Source: Piromyces finnis finn (Eukaryota > Fungi > Neocallimastigomycota). From it: a stretch of 59,416 bases of DNA. Shown here one piece after another: positions 45,279 to 56,603 of the stretch; position 1 is the first letter of the stretch; every line of letters begins with the position of its first letter. The notes under the pieces were generated by a model. That model was not told where the DNA came from. It did no database searches and worked only from the letters and a program-made list of their open reading frames with translations. Position numbers and translations under genes: made by a program. Where the stretch lies: contig MCFH01000103.1 in assembly GCA_002104945.1 (NCBI GenBank), positions 1 to 59,416 of the forward strand, written 5' to 3'.

Positions 45279-46105
45279 TGTAAGAATTAATAATTATTTA
45301 TTGAATAATTATTAATTCTTATTTAATTATTTTTTTAATTATTAAATTAATTAATTATTTAAATTATTAGCATACATTCATTTAAATTACTATAAACAGT
45401 TATTTATATTAATATTAATTATTCATTTACTAAATGTAAAATTTATTTAATTATTATATTAATTAATTATTTATTTAATTTAGTAATTTATCTAAAATAA
45501 TAGTAAACATTCATTTATTCTATTATTTAATAATTTTTGTATTACATTTTATAAGAAACATTATGTATTTTATTTTACGTTTGTATTTTATATTTATGTA
45601 TCGTATCTTGAAATAACTTATAGAAACAACTAGAAGATATAAATAAATATTAGGACAATCGGATATTAAGGTTTTTCCGAATTTTATTCGGTTTTACTTA
45701 ATATTACGATGATTGATATATTAGTTATCAATCGAATATCTTTTTAGGTTTTTCTTCTAGTCTTTTCCTAAAAAGATTATTTGTTAAGATTAGAAATTTT
45801 TTATTAAACTTTAAATTATTAAAAAATTATAAATAAAAGAACTCTGGAATACCACTTAAAAATCCAGAGTTATTATTATAAGAACTATTATAATAAATAA
45901 CCTTTATTAAAACAATATTAATAAAATATTTTAAATTAATTAACATTAAAAGTTTTGTGTGTTGTTTATTATACTTCCTTATAATAAACTCTTATTAAGA
46001 TAAGTATAAAATTTTATTTTAACTTCTCAGTTTAATAATACTAATTATTATTAAATTGAAGATAATAATTATTATTATATAATATATATAATAATAATTA
46101 TTACA
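45279..46105 (+). repeat. 3' LTR of C
   Basis: Matches 33079-33905. Confidence 0.95.
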
Positions 46106-46953
46106 CAATATTCGTTACAAAAATATTATTTCTTATTAATTAAATGAATAAAACATTATTGTCACGAATACTAGTGAAAATACAATTTCAAGATCACTTG
46201 GAATTGTGAAATCACTTATGAAATTTCAAAATCAACAAATATTTTATTTTCAAATAAATTATAAAATTTTATTAAGAAATATTTAAAAATTTAGAAAAGG
46301 TTAAAATATGACCTTAACCCTTAATAATTTTTATAATAAATAACTTTAACCCTTATCGTTAAAATGGAATAAGGAAAAACACGCGTATCTCCTCAACGAA
46401 TGACGATTTTTGAATAATAATATTTTGGTTATAATTACGTTCGTTAGAAAGCCACGCTCGAGACAAACAACATATCTTAAAATCAGGTCAATATCTCTGC
46501 TGGTTCACGAGATATTCCAATTTAAAGATATTTTGTTAGCAATGATTAATTGTTTATTCAGAGAATGATCACCCCTGATATATCAAACATAAATCATTCA
46601 CTCAAAGTATAAAAATTATTGTTTAATTGAATTAAAATTATTTTCCGGAACTAATTAACTTTATTTTATAATAATTATTTCAACAACATAATTTATAATC
46701 TTTGAACTAGAAGATTATAATTATTAATATTATATTCAATGAATTATATTATAATTAAGAAATAATTAATATTATGAATATTATAAACAATAGTTATTTT
46801 TTAATAATTAAGAATAAGTCTTAAGTTTAGTTTAAGTATTATAAAATATATTATGAATATAATCATGTATTGAAAAGTTATTTTATTATTAAATGTAAAA
46901 TTACAAATAGTATAAATAGTTTAGAATAGTTTATGAAATTAAAATCTTTGTAA

Positions 46954-47059
46954 AGATTATTAACTATAAATTATTAACTATAAATTATTAACAAAAGATT
47001 ATTATCCATAAATTATTAAATTATTAACTATAGATTATTAACTAGAAATTATTAACTAT
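46954..47059. repeat. 14-bp minisatellite (A[A/G]ATTATTAACTAT), about 7.5 copies; mirrored at 58733-58838
   Basis: Units read directly from the sequence. Confidence 0.8.
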
Positions 47060-48211
47060 TAATAATAATTAATACTTAATGAATACTACTAAATAATCTT
47101 ATTATTATATATTAAGCAATATATTATTAAATAAAATAAAAGAACTTATTTTAATCATAATATATAATTTAATTATTCATTTATAAATCAATTAAGATTA
47201 TTTTAATAAAACATTTTTTTTTCTAACCTAGTTATCTTTTAACCTTTTATTTAATTTAATATTTTAATATTAAATTATAAGTTTAGTAAAACTTTTACAA
47301 TTATTTAAATAAATTATCATGAATCCACTAATATTCATGACATAATATCTAATCCTTTTATAAATCATATATTAATTACTAATTGTAAAATATTCTATTC
47401 TAAGTTCAGGTTTGTATACACTAAATTAAACTAAACATAGTTATAAATTTATTAATTATTAAACTTTATTTATTTATTAAATTATATTAAACTAAACTAA
47501 ACTAAAACAACCGTTGATTACTTTACCGTGAAGGCTATTTCACCAGAGCCCTCACTTGGTAATCAATTATTAACTAATTAAACTAAAACTAATAATCTAA
47601 ACTAACTATATAACTAAACTATATGATTTTCCAACTATCGTTTAAATAGTTGAAAAATTTTCTTTATTTATACTTTTTAAATAAATTGAATAAATTCTAA
47701 TATACATGTTTTAATATTATAATTTTACATTGTTTACATTTATGTATTTATTAAAAGAAATTATTTGTATTAAACTATTTAAATTAAATTTATTTACTAA
47801 AGAATTTTCTAAACTTAAAATAAAGTTTTGATTTATTTACTATATGGTTGATTATATTTCAAACATATATTTAATTTATTTATTTCTAATTTTGAGGCTT
47901 AGTTTATAAAAAAAATTTTTTCTTATCTAAAATATTTATTGGTTAAAAATTACTTAATTTAAAAAATTTATTTTATCATCAAAAACTTTATCTTATCATA
48001 AAATTAAATTTACATAAATTTATGTTAATGTATTGTAATACATTATTTTATTGTAACTTTAGATTTCACATAGATTTATGTTAATGTATTGTGATATAAA
48101 TTTTGTAAAGATTTACTGTACATTAATTCAATACATTGTACATTATTTTAAATACGTATTAAATACATTATTCTATTAATACAATATTTTACATAATAAA
48201 ACCTTTTACAA

Positions 48212-48549
48212 TGTAAGAAATATTAATTATTCATAATTGAATAATTATTATTTCTTATTATTTAATACAAATTTATTTAAATTATTATTTTATATACATT
48301 CAACTATTACTAATAATTCATTAAATTATTTAGTATTTCATTCATTTAATTAATATTTATGATTTACTTAAAATATTAATTTTATATACACTTATATAAA
48401 ATTTATTTACTTGTTATATTCTTATATATTTAATTAATATTATAAATTTATTTAATTATTATTCTTTACGTACATATAATTAATATAAATAATTTATTTA
48501 CTTATTATTTATCTTATGCATTTAATTTTGACTAATTATATTCATTACA
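48212..48549. repeat. LTR-like segment, 338 bp (TGTAA...TTACA); orientation and family unresolved; mirrored at 57243-57580
   Basis: TGTAA/TTACA ends, 20-bp terminal hairpin resembling the start of the C LTR; no TSD and no convincing PPT. Confidence 0.45.
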
Positions 48550-48570
48550 CTTATTGTTTTAAATAATAAA

Positions 48571-49188
48571 TGTAATGTTTAAAACCGAAAGAATAGATTA
48601 GGATATCTATTCTATTACAATAACACCAAAGATTTAAATAGAAATAAAATTGTTTTATTAAAAAATATCTTTTATTATAATAGAAATTTTATTAATAACA
48701 ATTACATCGATAAAATGATGAAAAATATCTTCTATTTATATTTTTCCTAAATACATTTATATTATATTATAACTATTTATTTCTTCTATATTATTATTTA
48801 AAATCTACACTAAAATCTTAATTATTAATAAATATTTAGACTATAACTATTTTTAGTAAAATACAATTGGCAATTCAAATTAAGTACTATTCAATTTGAA
48901 TATGTGCCCATGTATTATTGATATATTAAACATTTAATAATTATATACTAGATGTCTATTTCTATTACAAAACAATACTAAAACTAGGGGTTTGAATTGA
49001 GAATTTTAATTTATTTGTTAAACATTAAGAATAAATTAATAATTTATTTTGTTTTAAACTTTAATTATTAATAAATAAATTATGTCCCATTTTCTTTTTC
49101 TGTAATATAATTCGTGTAACTTAAACAATAATATTTATGGCTTAAGTTACATTAAAGATATCAATCTGTGGCGTTTGATATCTTTACA
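48571..49188 (-). mobile_element. Solo LTR of family B (618 bp) in the 3' UTR of G
   Basis: B-LTR sequence, TSD ATAAA (48566-48570 and 49189-49193), no PPT. Confidence 0.92.
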
Positions 49189-49359
49189 ATAAAGTTTTAA
49201 TATGATAATTGAAAAATATTTGGTGTAAAAATTTTGAAATGTTGAAATTTCAAAATTTTGTGATGAGTTAAATTTCGAAATTTAGTTGTTATAAAAATAT
49301 TTTGTAAATGGTGTAAAAGTTATTTTTAGAGAATTATTGACTTATTAATATTATTTTAA

Positions 49360-50832
49360 TTAATTATATGCTATAGAAGCATAATGTCGTCCACTTTTTA
49401 AATATTTTTGATAAATGTATTGGTTACGAGGATTGTCTTCTACTTCACTTGCTGGTACCCAATTATAAGCGGAACGGTATTTGTATCGAATTTTATATTC
49501 ATATCGTTGTTGTTTATAATTTGTACGGAATCCAGATATTTCCACTATATCTTTTATTGATTCTGGATCCGCAGTTCTATTTAAAAATTCTTTTGGAGTT
49601 GGTCTATAAGGTTCCAACTCAGATACATGAAATATTGGATAGTGTTTGGGAAAAGGTGATTTTTTGATATCGATTTCATAATTGTTATTCCTCAAAACTT
49701 GAGTTATTTTATATGGACCATATTTACAAGGAGCTAATTTGGAACTATTTTCAATATTTAGAGAAGGTGGGGCTTGAATCCAAACTAAATCATCAATTTT
49801 AAATTTTGGAGCTTCTAAACGACTTTTATCCACTCTTCTTTTATACAACTCTTTGGAGCGTAGTAACACTTCTTTTATGTGGTTGAATGCATCATTAACA
49901 TTTTGAACTAGTTTATGATTAATATTGCATTGTGGTAATAGGGTCATTTCATCCATCGGAGGATGGAAACCATAATTAATGAAGAATGGTGTTTCTTTGG
50001 TTGATTCATTAACAGCGTTGTTATAAGCGAATTCTGCAAGTGGAAGCCAATCAACCCAGTCGTCATGATAGAAAGACTTGGAATAACATCTAAGATACTG
50101 TTTATTAAAAGAATTTGACCTCTCGACCTGTCCAACAGTTTCATGGTGGTCAGTAGTAGCTATTCTTGGATGAATATATAATAAATCCAAAAATTCGAGC
50201 CAAACATCACTTGTAAATTGTGAACCTCTATCAGTATATAGGTCATAAGGGAGACCATGTAAACGATATACATTGTTCAAAAAAGCTTTTGCAGTTTGTG
50301 CTGCGTTTGGAACTTGTTTAAACGGAACTAAGTGAATCATTTTAGAAAAGCGGTCAACCACTACCATAATTACGGTGTACCCTTTAGACTCAGGAAGGCC
50401 ACAAAGAAAGTCAATTTCTATAGATTTCCATGGACGTTCTGGAGTATCTAAAGGTTGTAATTTTCCATATTTACGATGTCTAGTTACTTTATTTCTTGTG
50501 CATGTTTCACAAGAATTAACAAATTTAGTAACATCATCCTTAATTTTAGGCCACCAAAAATTTCGAGTTATCAATTCTAAAGTCCTTTTTATACCAAGAT
50601 GTCCAGCAGAGGGTTGTTCATGATATTTCATAAGAACATCTAAACGTAGTTTTTCAGGGATATAAACTAAGTTATTATATAAAATAAGATTATTTTTTAA
50701 TTCAAACTTGTTCATTTTCCTAAATGGTCTATAAGCCTTTTGGTCATTATGTGGGCTGAAATATAGCATAATATCCTTAGCAGTTTCGTCGTCCTTTAAG
50801 TATTGAATAACTTGTTCCAAGAAGTTACTCAT
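49360..50832 (-). CDS. pol: Integrase of family G (HHCC, D,D35E, GPY, divergent chromodomain-like tail), F-related
   Basis: TTDHHETVGQVER and KSPFP motifs shared with F; same frame as the RT-RH ORF, separated by one TAA. Confidence 0.9.
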   Translation of the reverse strand: MSNFLEQVIQYLKDDETAKDIMLYFSPHNDQKAYRPFRKMNKFELKNNLILYNNLVYIPEKLRLDVLMKYHEQPSAGHLGIKRTLELITRNFWWPKIKDDVTKFVNSCETCTRNKVTRHRKYGKLQPLDTPERPWKSIEIDFLCGLPESKGYTVIMVVVDRFSKMIHLVPFKQVPNAAQTAKAFLNNVYRLHGLPYDLYTDRGSQFTSDVWLEFLDLLYIHPRIATTDHHETVGQVERSNSFNKQYLRCYSKSFYHDDWVDWLPLAEFAYNNAVNESTKETPFFINYGFHPPMDEMTLLPQCNINHKLVQNVNDAFNHIKEVLLRSKELYKRRVDKSRLEAPKFKIDDLVWIQAPPSLNIENSSKLAPCKYGPYKITQVLRNNNYEIDIKKSPFPKHYPIFHVSELEPYRPTPKEFLNRTADPESIKDIVEISGFRTNYKQQRYEYKIRYKYRSAYNWVPASEVEDNPRNQYIYQKYLKSGRHYASIAYN

Positions 50833-50865
50833 AATACCAATGAAACTTGGTATTAGTTTTACATT

Positions 50866-52455
50866 TTATGAGTCTAAAATATATTCTGGCTTTTCTTCAT
50901 AAGTCTTATCCATGTAGTCAGGTCTGCGAGATAGACTATCAGGTTTACCATTCTTACGACCTTGTCTGTATATAAGTTCAAAGTCGTATTCTTGAAAGAA
51001 AAGGTGCCAACGATGTTGTCTTTGATTACCTACCTTTCCTCCAAGAATATAAAGTAAATTTCTATGATCAGTGTAAACTTTTATTTTATATTTAGCACCA
51101 AGAAGAAGGTGCCTCCAAGTAGAGAAAGAATCCTTAATGGCTAATAGTTCTTTATCTGTTATAGAATAGTTAACTTCAGAACTACTTAGACTTCTGGAGT
51201 AGTAAGCAACAGGATGTAGACGATTTTCTGAATCATATTGAGAAAGTATAGAACCGATAGCAACATTACTTGCATCACATTCTAAAATATATTGTTTTTG
51301 AGGATCAGGATGTGATAAAATAGGTGCTGAAGTTAAACGCGTTTTTAAAATGTTAAATGAGGATTCACATTCTGTAGACCACTTGAACTTTGCATTCTTT
51401 TTTGTTAAGTTGTGGAGGGGTTTAGCCAAGTCTGCAAAATTCATTACAAAACGTCTATAGTAGTTACAAAGACCTAAAAATCTTTGTACATCCTTAACTG
51501 TAGTAGGAATAGGCCAATTTTTGATTGACTCTATCTTTTTTGGGTCGGTAGCAATTCCTGAACCTGAAATAACATATCCTAAGAATTCAACTTGTGGTTT
51601 GTCAAATTCACATTTAGGAAGCTTAGCATATAAATTATTTTCTAATAGTTTAGAAAGAACTTCACGTACATGTTGGTGGTGTTCTTCTAAGGTTTTTGAA
51701 AATATAAGAATATCATCCAAATAGAGAATAACAGATTTTTCCAAGAAAGGTCTGAGAACAGAATTTATAAATGCCTGAAAAGTAGCAGGAGCGTTACGTA
51801 AACCAAATGGCATCACTAAATATTCATAGTGACCAAACTTTGTGCGAAAAGCAGTTTTATATTCATCACCATTTCTTATTCTAACTAAATTATAAGCAGA
51901 GCGTAAGTCGAGCTTGGTGAAATACTTTGCACCTTTGACACGTTCTATAATGTCGGTAATAAGTGGTATTGGGTAGGAGTTACGTATCGTTACAGAATTG
52001 AGTTTTTTATAATCAATACAAACTCTAAGAGTACCATCTTTCTTTTTCTGAAATACCACTGGATATCCTGCAGGTGATTCGGATGGTCTAATAAAGCCTT
52101 TTTCTAAATTTTCCTTGATATACTCTTCTAAAACTTTTGATTCTTCTTCTGATAAGGGATAGATGGGACCATAATGAAGAGTAGCATCTTTTTCTAGTAC
52201 TATTTTACAATCTGTAATTCTATGTGGTGGTAGTTTATCAGCTTCTTGTTTGCTGAAAACTTTCGCCAAATCTCGATAGGGTTTTGGAATATCTTCAATA
52301 GTATGTTCTTCTAAATTGCTTACTTCTTCTGGTTTTTCGGACAAAAAAGTATGAATTAAATAATTATAATTATATCTATCATAATTATTTTTATTTAATA
52401 TAACTTTTCTAAAAAATTTTGGAACGTTTAGGGTTAAATTTGTGGAATCGACCAT
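50866..52455 (-). CDS. pol: RT-RNase H of family G
   Basis: YLDD, CDASNVAIG, PDSLSRRPDY; in-frame TAA at 50866-50868. Confidence 0.9.
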   Translation of the reverse strand: MVDSTNLTLNVPKFFRKVILNKNNYDRYNYNYLIHTFLSEKPEEVSNLEEHTIEDIPKPYRDLAKVFSKQEADKLPPHRITDCKIVLEKDATLHYGPIYPLSEEESKVLEEYIKENLEKGFIRPSESPAGYPVVFQKKKDGTLRVCIDYKKLNSVTIRNSYPIPLITDIIERVKGAKYFTKLDLRSAYNLVRIRNGDEYKTAFRTKFGHYEYLVMPFGLRNAPATFQAFINSVLRPFLEKSVILYLDDILIFSKTLEEHHQHVREVLSKLLENNLYAKLPKCEFDKPQVEFLGYVISGSGIATDPKKIESIKNWPIPTTVKDVQRFLGLCNYYRRFVMNFADLAKPLHNLTKKNAKFKWSTECESSFNILKTRLTSAPILSHPDPQKQYILECDASNVAIGSILSQYDSENRLHPVAYYSRSLSSSEVNYSITDKELLAIKDSFSTWRHLLLGAKYKIKVYTDHRNLLYILGGKVGNQRQHRWHLFFQEYDFELIYRQGRKNGKPDSLSRRPDYMDKTYEEKPEYILDS

Positions 52456-52924
52456 TTTTCTTCTTACTAAAGGTTTTAGATCTGAAATAAAAATTATGAA
52501 TTTTATTTTTTAAATTATAAAAATTGGTGGAATAATTTTTATTTTTATTTTTTGTGTTATTTACACCTGTAGAAGTGGTAGGTGTAACATTTATGTCATT
52601 TCTATTATAAGAAATGAATTGTTCTAATTTTAAAAATTTAGTAGCATGCTTCATATTGAATTTCTTTCTGTTAAAATCATATTTTAAATTTGAATATAAA
52701 TAATTTTTATTATAATTATAATGAATTTCATATTTGGACATGAATATATTTCCAAATAATAAATCTGTCGGAATATAATCCGCTAGTAAAAATTTTTCTT
52801 TGAAATTGATGAAATGGAATTTATTGTTGATAAATAGTTTTAACTGAAAGTTTAGGTTGATATATTCATCAAGTTCAATTGAAGTACCACTGATACCTTG
52901 TACAGTGATAACATTATTTCTCAA
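52409..52924 (-). CDS. Protease C-terminal part and spacer of G, cut off by the fold-back
   Basis: VQGISG and LLFGNIFM resemble the aspartic-protease flap and ILG motifs; the downstream RT ORF is in the +1 frame; gag and the 5' LTR are missing. Confidence 0.6.
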   Translation of the reverse strand: MRNNVITVQGISGTSIELDEYINLNFQLKLFINNKFHFINFKEKFLLADYIPTDLLFGNIFMSKYEIHYNYNKNYLYSNLKYDFNRKKFNMKHATKFLKLEQFISYNRNDINVTPTTSTGVNNTKNKNKNYSTNFYNLKNKIHNFYFRSKTFSKKKNGRFHKFNPKRSKIF

Positions 52925-52939
52925 TAAAAATTATAATAT

Positions 52940-54926
52940 TATCAACTAAACTTTCAGTTAAAACTATTTATCAACAATAAATTCCATTTCATCAATTTCA
53001 AAGAAAATTTTACTAGCGGATTATATTCCGACAGATTATTATTGGAAATATATTCATGTCCAAATATGAAATTCATTATAATTATAATAAAAATTATTTA
53101 TATTCAAATTTAAAATATGATTTTAACAGAAAGAAATTCAATATGAAGCATGCTACTAAATTTTTAAAATTAGAACAATTCATTTCTTATAATAGAAATG
53201 ACATAAATGTTACACCTACCACTTCTACAGGTGTAAATAACACAAAAAATAAAATAAAAATTATTCCACCAATTTTTATAATTTAAAAAATAAAATTCAT
53301 AATTTTTATTTCAGATCTAAACCTTTAGTAAGAAGAAAAATGGTCGATTCCACAAATTTAACCCTAAACGTTCCAAAATTTTTTAGAAAAGTTATATTAA
53401 ATAAAAATAATTATGATAGATATAATTATAATTATTTAATTCATACTTTTTTGTCCGAAAAACCAGAAAAGTAAGCAATTTAGAAGACATACTATTGAAG
53501 ATATTCCAAAACCCTATCGAGATTTGGCGAAAGTTTTCAGCAAACAAGAAGCTGATAAACTACCACCACATAGAATTACAGATTGTAAAATAGTACTAGA
53601 AAAAGATGCTACTCTTCATTATGGTCCCATCTATCCCTTATCAGAAGAAGAATCAAAAGTTTTTAGAAGAGTATATCAAGGAAAATTTAGAAAAAGGCTT
53701 TATTAGACCATCCGAATCACCTGCAGGATATCCAGTGGTATTTCAGAAAAAGAAAGATGGTACTCTTAGAGTTGTATTGATTATAAAAAACTCAATTCTG
53801 TAACGATACGTAACTCCTACCCAATACCACTTATTACCGACATTATAGAACGTGTCAAAGGTGCAAAGTATTTCACCAAGCTCGACTTACGCTCTGCTTA
53901 TAATTTAGTTAGAATAAGAAATGGTGATGAATATAAAACTGCTTTTCGCACAAAGTTTGGTCACTATGAATATTTAGTGATGCCATTTGGTTTACGTAAC
54001 GCTCCTGCTACTTTTCAGGCATTTATAATTCTGTTCTCAGACCTTCTTGGAAAAATCTGTTATTCTCTATTTGGATGATTATTCTTTATTTTTCAAAAAC
54101 CTTAGAAGAACACCACCAACATGTACGTGAAGTTCTTTCTAAACTATTAGAAATAATTTATATGCTAAGCTTCCTAAATGGTGAATTTGACAAACCACAA
54201 GTTGAATTCTTAGGATATTTATTTCAGGTTCAGGAATTGCTACCGACCCAAAAAAGATAGAGTCAATCAAAAATTGGCCTATTCCTACTACAGTTAAGGA
54301 TGTACAAAGATTTTTAGGTCTTTGTAACTACTATAGACCGTTTTGTAATGAATTTTGCAGACTTGGCTAAACCCCTCCACAACTTAACAAAAAAGAAATG
54401 CAAAGTTCAAGTGGTCTACAGAATGTGAATCCTCATTTAACATTTTAAAAACGCGTTTAACTTCAGCACCTATTTTATCACATCCTGATCCTCAAAAACA
54501 ATATATTTTAGAATGTGATGCAAGTAATGTTGCTATCGGTTCTATACTTTCTCAATATGATTCAGAAAATCGTCTACATCCTGTTGCTTACTACTCCAGA
54601 AGTCTAAGTAGTTCTGAAGTTAACTATTCTATAACAGATAAAGAACTATTAGCCATTAAGGATTCTTTCTCTACTTGGAGGCACCTTCTTCTTGGTGCTA
54701 AATATAAAATAAAAGTTTACACTGATCATAGAAATTTACTTTATATTCTTGGAGGAAAGGTAGGTAATCAAAGACAACATCGTTGGCACCTTTTCTTTCA
54801 AGAATACGACTTTGAACTTATATACAGACAAGGTCGTAAGAATGGTAAACCTGATAGTCTATCTCGCAGACCTGACTACATGGATAAGACTTATGAAGAA
54901 AGCCAGAATATATTTTAGACTCATAA
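52940..54926 (+). pseudogene. Frameshift-riddled mirror copy of G PR/RT/RH
   Basis: Same sequence as the left arm but broken into fragments (track ORFs 53056, 53524, 53606, 54075); the errors look like sequencing indels. Confidence 0.8.
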
Positions 54927-54959
54927 AATGTAAAACTAATACCAAGTTTCATTGGTATT

Positions 54960-56432
54960 ATGAGTAACTTCTTGGAACAAGTTATTCAATACTTAAAGGA
55001 CGACGAAACTGCTAAGGATATTATGCTATATTTCAGCCCACATAATGACCAAAAGGCTTATAGACCATTTAGGAAAATGAACAAGTTTGAATTAAAAAAT
55101 AATCTTATTTTATATAATAACTTAGTTTATATCCCTGAAAAACTACGTTTAGATGTTCTTATGAAATATCATGAACAACCCTCTGCTGGACATCTTGGTA
55201 TAAAAAGGACTTTAGAATTGATAACTCGAAATTTTTGGTGGCCTAAAATTAAGGATGATGTTACTAAATTTGTTAATTCTTGTGAAACATGCACAAGAAA
55301 TAAAGTAACTAGACATCGTAAATATGGAAAATTACAACCTTTAGATACTCCAGAACGTCCATGGAAATCTATAGAAATTGACTTTCTTTGTGGCCTTCCT
55401 GAGTCTAAAGGGTACACCGTAATTATGGTAGTGGTTGACCGCTTTTCTAAAATGATTCACTTAGTTCCGTTTAAACAAGTTCCAAACGCAGCACAAACTG
55501 CAAAAGCTTTTTTGAACAATGTATATCGTTTACATGGTCTCCCTTATGACCTATATACTGATAGAGGTTCACAATTTACAAGTGATGTTTGGCTCGAATT
55601 TTTGGATTTATTATATATTCATCCAAGAATAGCTACTACTGACCACCATGAAACTGTTGGACAGGTCGAGAGGTCAAATTCTTTTAATAAACAGTATCTT
55701 AGATGTTATTCCAAGTCTTTCTATCATGACGACTGGGTTGATTGGCTTCCACTTGCAGAATTCGCTTATAACAACGCTGTTAATGAATCAACCAAAGAAA
55801 CACCATTCTTCATTAATTATGGTTTCCATCCTCCGATGGATGAAATGACCCTATTACCACAATGCAATATTAATCATAAACTAGTTCAAAATGTTAATGA
55901 TGCATTCAACCACATAAAAGAAGTGTTACTACGCTCCAAAGAGTTGTATAAAAGAAGAGTGGATAAAAGTCGTTTAGAAGCTCCAAAATTTAAAATTGAT
56001 GATTTAGTTTGGATTCAAGCCCCACCTTCTCTAAATATTGAAAATAGTTCCAAATTAGCTCCTTGTAAATATGGTCCATATAAAATAACTCAAGTTTTGA
56101 GGAATAACAATTATGAAATCGATATCAAAAAATCACCTTTTCCCAAACACTATCCAATATTTCATGTATCTGAGTTGGAACCTTATAGACCAACTCCAAA
56201 AGAATTTTTAAATAGAACTGCGGATCCAGAATCAATAAAAGATATAGTGGAAATATCTGGATTCCGTACAAATTATAAACAACAACGATATGAATATAAA
56301 ATTCGATACAAATACCGTTCCGCTTATAATTGGGTACCAGCAAGTGAAGTAGAAGACAATCCTCGTAACCAATACATTTATCAAAAATATTTAAAAAGTG
56401 GACGACATTATGCTTCTATAGCATATAATTAA
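54960..56432 (+). CDS. pol: Mirror copy of the G integrase
   Basis: Protein identical to that of 49360-50832. Confidence 0.85.
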   Translation: MSNFLEQVIQYLKDDETAKDIMLYFSPHNDQKAYRPFRKMNKFELKNNLILYNNLVYIPEKLRLDVLMKYHEQPSAGHLGIKRTLELITRNFWWPKIKDDVTKFVNSCETCTRNKVTRHRKYGKLQPLDTPERPWKSIEIDFLCGLPESKGYTVIMVVVDRFSKMIHLVPFKQVPNAAQTAKAFLNNVYRLHGLPYDLYTDRGSQFTSDVWLEFLDLLYIHPRIATTDHHETVGQVERSNSFNKQYLRCYSKSFYHDDWVDWLPLAEFAYNNAVNESTKETPFFINYGFHPPMDEMTLLPQCNINHKLVQNVNDAFNHIKEVLLRSKELYKRRVDKSRLEAPKFKIDDLVWIQAPPSLNIENSSKLAPCKYGPYKITQVLRNNNYEIDIKKSPFPKHYPIFHVSELEPYRPTPKEFLNRTADPESIKDIVEISGFRTNYKQQRYEYKIRYKYRSAYNWVPASEVEDNPRNQYIYQKYLKSGRHYASIAYN

Positions 56433-56603
56433 TTAAAATAATATTAATAAGTCAATAATTCTCTAAAAATAACTTTTACACCATTTACAAAATATTTTTA
56501 TAACAACTAAATTTCGAAATTTAACTCATCACAAAATTTTGAAATTTCAACATTTCAAAATTTTTACACCAAATATTTTTCAATTATCATATTAAAACTT
56601 TAT

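Larger units (their letters stand above)
33079..46105 (+). mobile_element. Ty3/Gypsy element, family C, carrying a solo B LTR and A3; no chromodomain
   Basis: 827-bp LTRs that appear identical, TSD CAATA (33074-33078 and 46106-46110), PPT AAAGGGAG. Confidence 0.95.
14643..46119 (-). mobile_element. Ty3/Gypsy element, family E (about 5.5 kb after removing nested F and C)
   Basis: TSD AAAAT at 14638-14642 and 46120-46124. 3' LTR 14643-15171; 5' LTR split into 19618-20131, 33074-33078 and 46111-46119. Confidence 0.92.
46376..52862. repeat. Left arm of a giant inverted repeat
   Basis: Reverse complement of 52940-59416; coordinate sums equal 105792 across the outer arm. Confidence 0.95.

Noticed and set aside
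14643-46119. Strict alternation of orientation within the E nest (5 of 5 antiparallel to the host)
   Set aside because: The other three nested insertions are parallel, and 5 of 8 is not distinguishable from chance.
14133-46352. Telomere-like TAACCC motifs (14133-14143, 46314-46352)
   Set aside because: They are isolated one- or two-unit matches, not arrays.
52863-52939. Sequencing adapter or hairpin-telomere site at the palindrome centre
   Set aside because: The spacer is ordinary G coding sequence; I see no adapter sequence and no protelomerase gene.
84-56343. Numerous short track ORFs of 60-122 aa (e.g. 84, 2385, 2486, 8595, 9582, 22944, 30298, 50375 and their copies)
   Set aside because: They are alternate-frame or antisense shadows of gag-pol. 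They recur only because the parent elements are duplicated, and they show no motifs.
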